DNA from: Bacillus subtilis subsp. subtilis str. 168
Lineage (GTDB): Bacteria; Bacillota; Bacilli; Bacillales; Bacillaceae
Length of the DNA stretch: 32,000 nucleotides
Reading direction: 5' to 3'
Assembly (NCBI RefSeq): GCF_000009045.1
Contig: NC_000964.3
Coordinates: forward strand, 750,001-782,000
In this document: positions 29,529 to 32,000 of the stretch, one piece after another
Numbering within the stretch: the stretch's first letter is position 1
How the letters are laid out: every line of letters begins with the position of its first letter
Notes under the pieces: generated by a model
Database searches by the model: none
What the model was told of the DNA's origin: nothing
The model's input: only the letters and a program-made list of their open reading frames with translations
Program-made: the position numbers and the translations under genes

Positions 29529-31037
29529 ATGAAAATAAGAATGCGAAAAAAATGGATGGCCTTGCCGCTTGCTGCCATGATGATCGCCGGATGCAGCCAT
29601 TCGGAAACATCCAATTCAGCAAGCGGTTCGAAAGATACGATCAAAATTATGGCGCCGCTCTTATCGCCGGAAAGCCCAAGTGATAAGAGCCCTTCATTAA
29701 AAGCGCTCGAAAAATACACAGGCAAAGAGATTAAGGTCACATGGGTGCCTGATTCATCCTACAACGACAAATTCAACATCGTCATGGCTTCAGGAGAGAT
29801 GCCTCACGCGATTGTCATTAAAGATAAGTCAGCCGGCTTTATCAAATCTGTCAAAGCAGGGGCGTTTTGGGAGCTGTCTCCTTATTTAAAAGACTACAAG
29901 AATTTAAGCCAGGCAGATGAAAAGATTTTGAAGAACAGCTCGGTGAACGGCGAGGTGTACGGAATCTACAGAACGAGGGATCTGATCAGGGCGTGTATGA
30001 TCATCAGAACCGACTGGCTGAAAAATGTCGGTCTGGATATGCCGGAAACGCTTGATGATTTCTATGAAGTGCTGAAAGCCTTTAAGGAAAAAGATCCTGA
30101 CGGAAACGGCAAGGATGATACGTACGGCATGGTCGTGCCGAAATGGATGGGACTCGGCAACGGAAGCCCATGGGATGTTCTGCAAATCTGGTTCGGCGCT
30201 CCGAACCGCTACGGTGTTGAAAACGGAAAGCTGATTCCAGATTTTACAACGAAGGAATACATGGATGCGCTCACGTTTTTTAAAAAGCTCTATGATGAGG
30301 GCTTGATCAATAAGGACTTTGCTGTCATGGATTCTGCGAAGTGGAATGATCCGGTTGTAAAAGGAAAAGCGGGTGTCATCGTTGATACAGGCTCAAGAGC
30401 GTCTCAAATCCAAAGCGCGATGGAGGAGGCGGATGAGTCGAACAAGGATATCATTGATATCGTCGGCTCGCTTGAGGGACCGAATGGCAAGCGCACCTTC
30501 CCGACATCTGGTTATTCAGGCATGATCACGATACCAAAATCAAGCGTCAAAACCGAAAAAGAGCTGAAAGAGGTGCTGTCCTTCCTCGATAAGATGAATG
30601 ATAAGGAAGCGCAGATTCTCACGAACAACGGAGTGAAGGGCCGCAATTACGAGCTCAAGGACGGCGTATTCACCTCACTTGAAAAAAACAATAAATCTCT
30701 CCTGTATGAGCATGAAGGCTTGGCACAGTTCAGCATGTCGATTCCGAAAAGCGAGTATTACATCGAAGACCAGAAAACCAAGCTCTTCCAGCATCGCAAG
30801 GACATCATAACCGAAGGAGAAAAAATAGCCGTCTTTAACCCTGCTGAGTCGCTTGTATCTGATGTCTATACCCAAAAAGGAGCCCAGCTTGACAACATCA
30901 TCCTCGACGCGAGAACACAATTTATCATTGGAGAAATTGATGAAAAAGGGTTCGATGATGCGGTGGAGCTTTGGAAAAAAAGCGGCGGCAATGAACTGAT
31001 GAAGGACTTGAACAAATTGTACCAATCGTCAAAATAA
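29529..31037 (+). CDS. lplA: Extracellular solute-binding lipoprotein LplA
   Basis: Lipobox LAAMMIAGCS; 502 aa substrate-binding protein. Confidence 0.94.
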   Translation: MKIRMRKKWMALPLAAMMIAGCSHSETSNSASGSKDTIKIMAPLLSPESPSDKSPSLKALEKYTGKEIKVTWVPDSSYNDKFNIVMASGEMPHAIVIKDKSAGFIKSVKAGAFWELSPYLKDYKNLSQADEKILKNSSVNGEVYGIYRTRDLIRACMIIRTDWLKNVGLDMPETLDDFYEVLKAFKEKDPDGNGKDDTYGMVVPKWMGLGNGSPWDVLQIWFGAPNRYGVENGKLIPDFTTKEYMDALTFFKKLYDEGLINKDFAVMDSAKWNDPVVKGKAGVIVDTGSRASQIQSAMEEADESNKDIIDIVGSLEGPNGKRTFPTSGYSGMITIPKSSVKTEKELKEVLSFLDKMNDKEAQILTNNGVKGRNYELKDGVFTSLEKNNKSLLYEHEGLAQFSMSIPKSEYYIEDQKTKLFQHRKDIITEGEKIAVFNPAESLVSDVYTQKGAQLDNIILDARTQFIIGEIDEKGFDDAVELWKKSGGNELMKDLNKLYQSSK

Positions 31038-31091
31038 ACCGATGCGCCTGCCTTTCGGCGGGCGCCCCGGTATCACGAAAGGAGAACAGAT

Positions 31092-32000
31092 ATGGAAACA
31101 GTGCCGAAGAAGAGAGATGCACCTGTTCTCACCGCTGGAAAAGGCATCAGCTGGATGGCTGCGCTCAAACGGGACAAATGGCTTTATCTTCTTCTTATTC
31201 CCGGTCTGCTTTATTTCTTGATTTTCAAATACTTGCCGATGTGGGGTGTGCTGATCGCTTTTAAAGACTATTCGCCATATCTCGGCTTCTGGAAAAGCGA
31301 ATGGGTCGGCTTTGATTATTTCAAAGACTTTTTTATGAATCCGGATTTTTTCCGGCTGCTGCGCAACACCCTCATGCTGGCGAGTCTGGATCTTTTGTTT
31401 GCCTTTCCCGCGCCTCTCATTTTGGCTCTGCTTTTGAATGAGGTAAGAAAGGCCGTGTATAAAAGATGTATCCAAACCTTTATTTACGTACCCCATTTTG
31501 TATCATGGACAATTGTGGTCAGCATCACCTTCGTTTTCTTTACTGTCGATACAGGTGTGATCAACAAATTGATTATGAGCCTGACAGGTGAGCAGATTTC
31601 TTTCTTGTCGGATGCAGACTGGTTCCGGCCAATGATTGTGATGCAAAGCATTTGGAAGGAGACAGGCTGGGGAACGATTCTATTTTTGGCAGCGCTTGCT
31701 ACGGTTGATCAAGAGCAGTATGAAGCGGCCATCATGGACGGAGCGGGGCGGTTCAGGAGAATGTGGCATATTACGCTGCCGGCGATTAGAAGCACCATTA
31801 TCGTTTTGTTGATTTTAAGAATCGGCAGCTTTTTGAATCTTGGCTTTGAACAGGTGTATTTGATGACGAACTCACTCAACCGCAGTGTGGCTGACATCTT
31901 CGACACGTATGTGTACATGATGGGGATTACCCAAGGGGCGTATAGCTACAGCACGGCGGTCGGTTTGTTTAAATCAGTTGTCGGGATTATCTTGATTTTT
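31092..32000 (+). CDS. lplB: ABC transporter permease LplB, truncated by the right window edge
   Basis: SD AAGGAGA, ATG 31092, METVPKKRDAPVLTAGKGISWMAALKRDKWLYLLLIPGLLYFLIFKYLPMWGVLIAFKDYSP...; open to 32000. Not listed in the supplied ORF track. Confidence 0.92.
   Translation, partial: METVPKKRDAPVLTAGKGISWMAALKRDKWLYLLLIPGLLYFLIFKYLPMWGVLIAFKDYSPYLGFWKSEWVGFDYFKDFFMNPDFFRLLRNTLMLASLDLLFAFPAPLILALLLNEVRKAVYKRCIQTFIYVPHFVSWTIVVSITFVFFTVDTGVINKLIMSLTGEQISFLSDADWFRPMIVMQSIWKETGWGTILFLAALATVDQEQYEAAIMDGAGRFRRMWHITLPAIRSTIIVLLILRIGSFLNLGFEQVYLMTNSLNRSVADIFDTYVYMMGITQGAYSYSTAVGLFKSVVGIILIF

Overview
The window matches a Bacillus subtilis-type chromosomal segment, recognised from its proteins and gene order. 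From left to right it holds: an edge-truncated hypothetical protein; rapH-phrH (Rap phosphatase and its Phr peptide); yeeI (YebC family); yeeK (His/Gly/Tyr-rich spore coat protein); yezE (TetR) with yesE-yesF; cotJA-cotJB-cotJC; yesJ; yesK; then the rhamnogalacturonan-I (pectin) utilisation cluster yesL-yesM-yesN-yesO-yesP-yesQ-yesR-yesS-yesT-yesU-yesV-yesW-yesX-yesY-yesZ-yetA-lplA-lplB', with lplB cut by the right edge. Nearly all genes are on the + strand. I see no phage, IS, CRISPR or RNA-gene cluster, and I do not claim a wholly new system. The most interesting signals are small-scale: (1) three copies of a GACT-N4-AGTC palindrome, two of them identical over 23 bp, at yezE, before yesE and at the end of yesF, which are candidate YezE operators; (2) a perfect 26-bp palindrome between yesW and yesX, placed so that its folding could bring a distant Shine-Dalgarno sequence next to the yesX start; (3) an intrinsic terminator whose stem contains the yesZ stop codon, directly before yetA; (4) GTAAGC-rich (cre-like) palindromes at yesO, yesW and lplA; (5) an orphan coding remnant between yesX and yesY; (6) an A-run in phrH that decides between two C-termini. 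All calls come from reading the sequence and recalled family knowledge; no searches were run.
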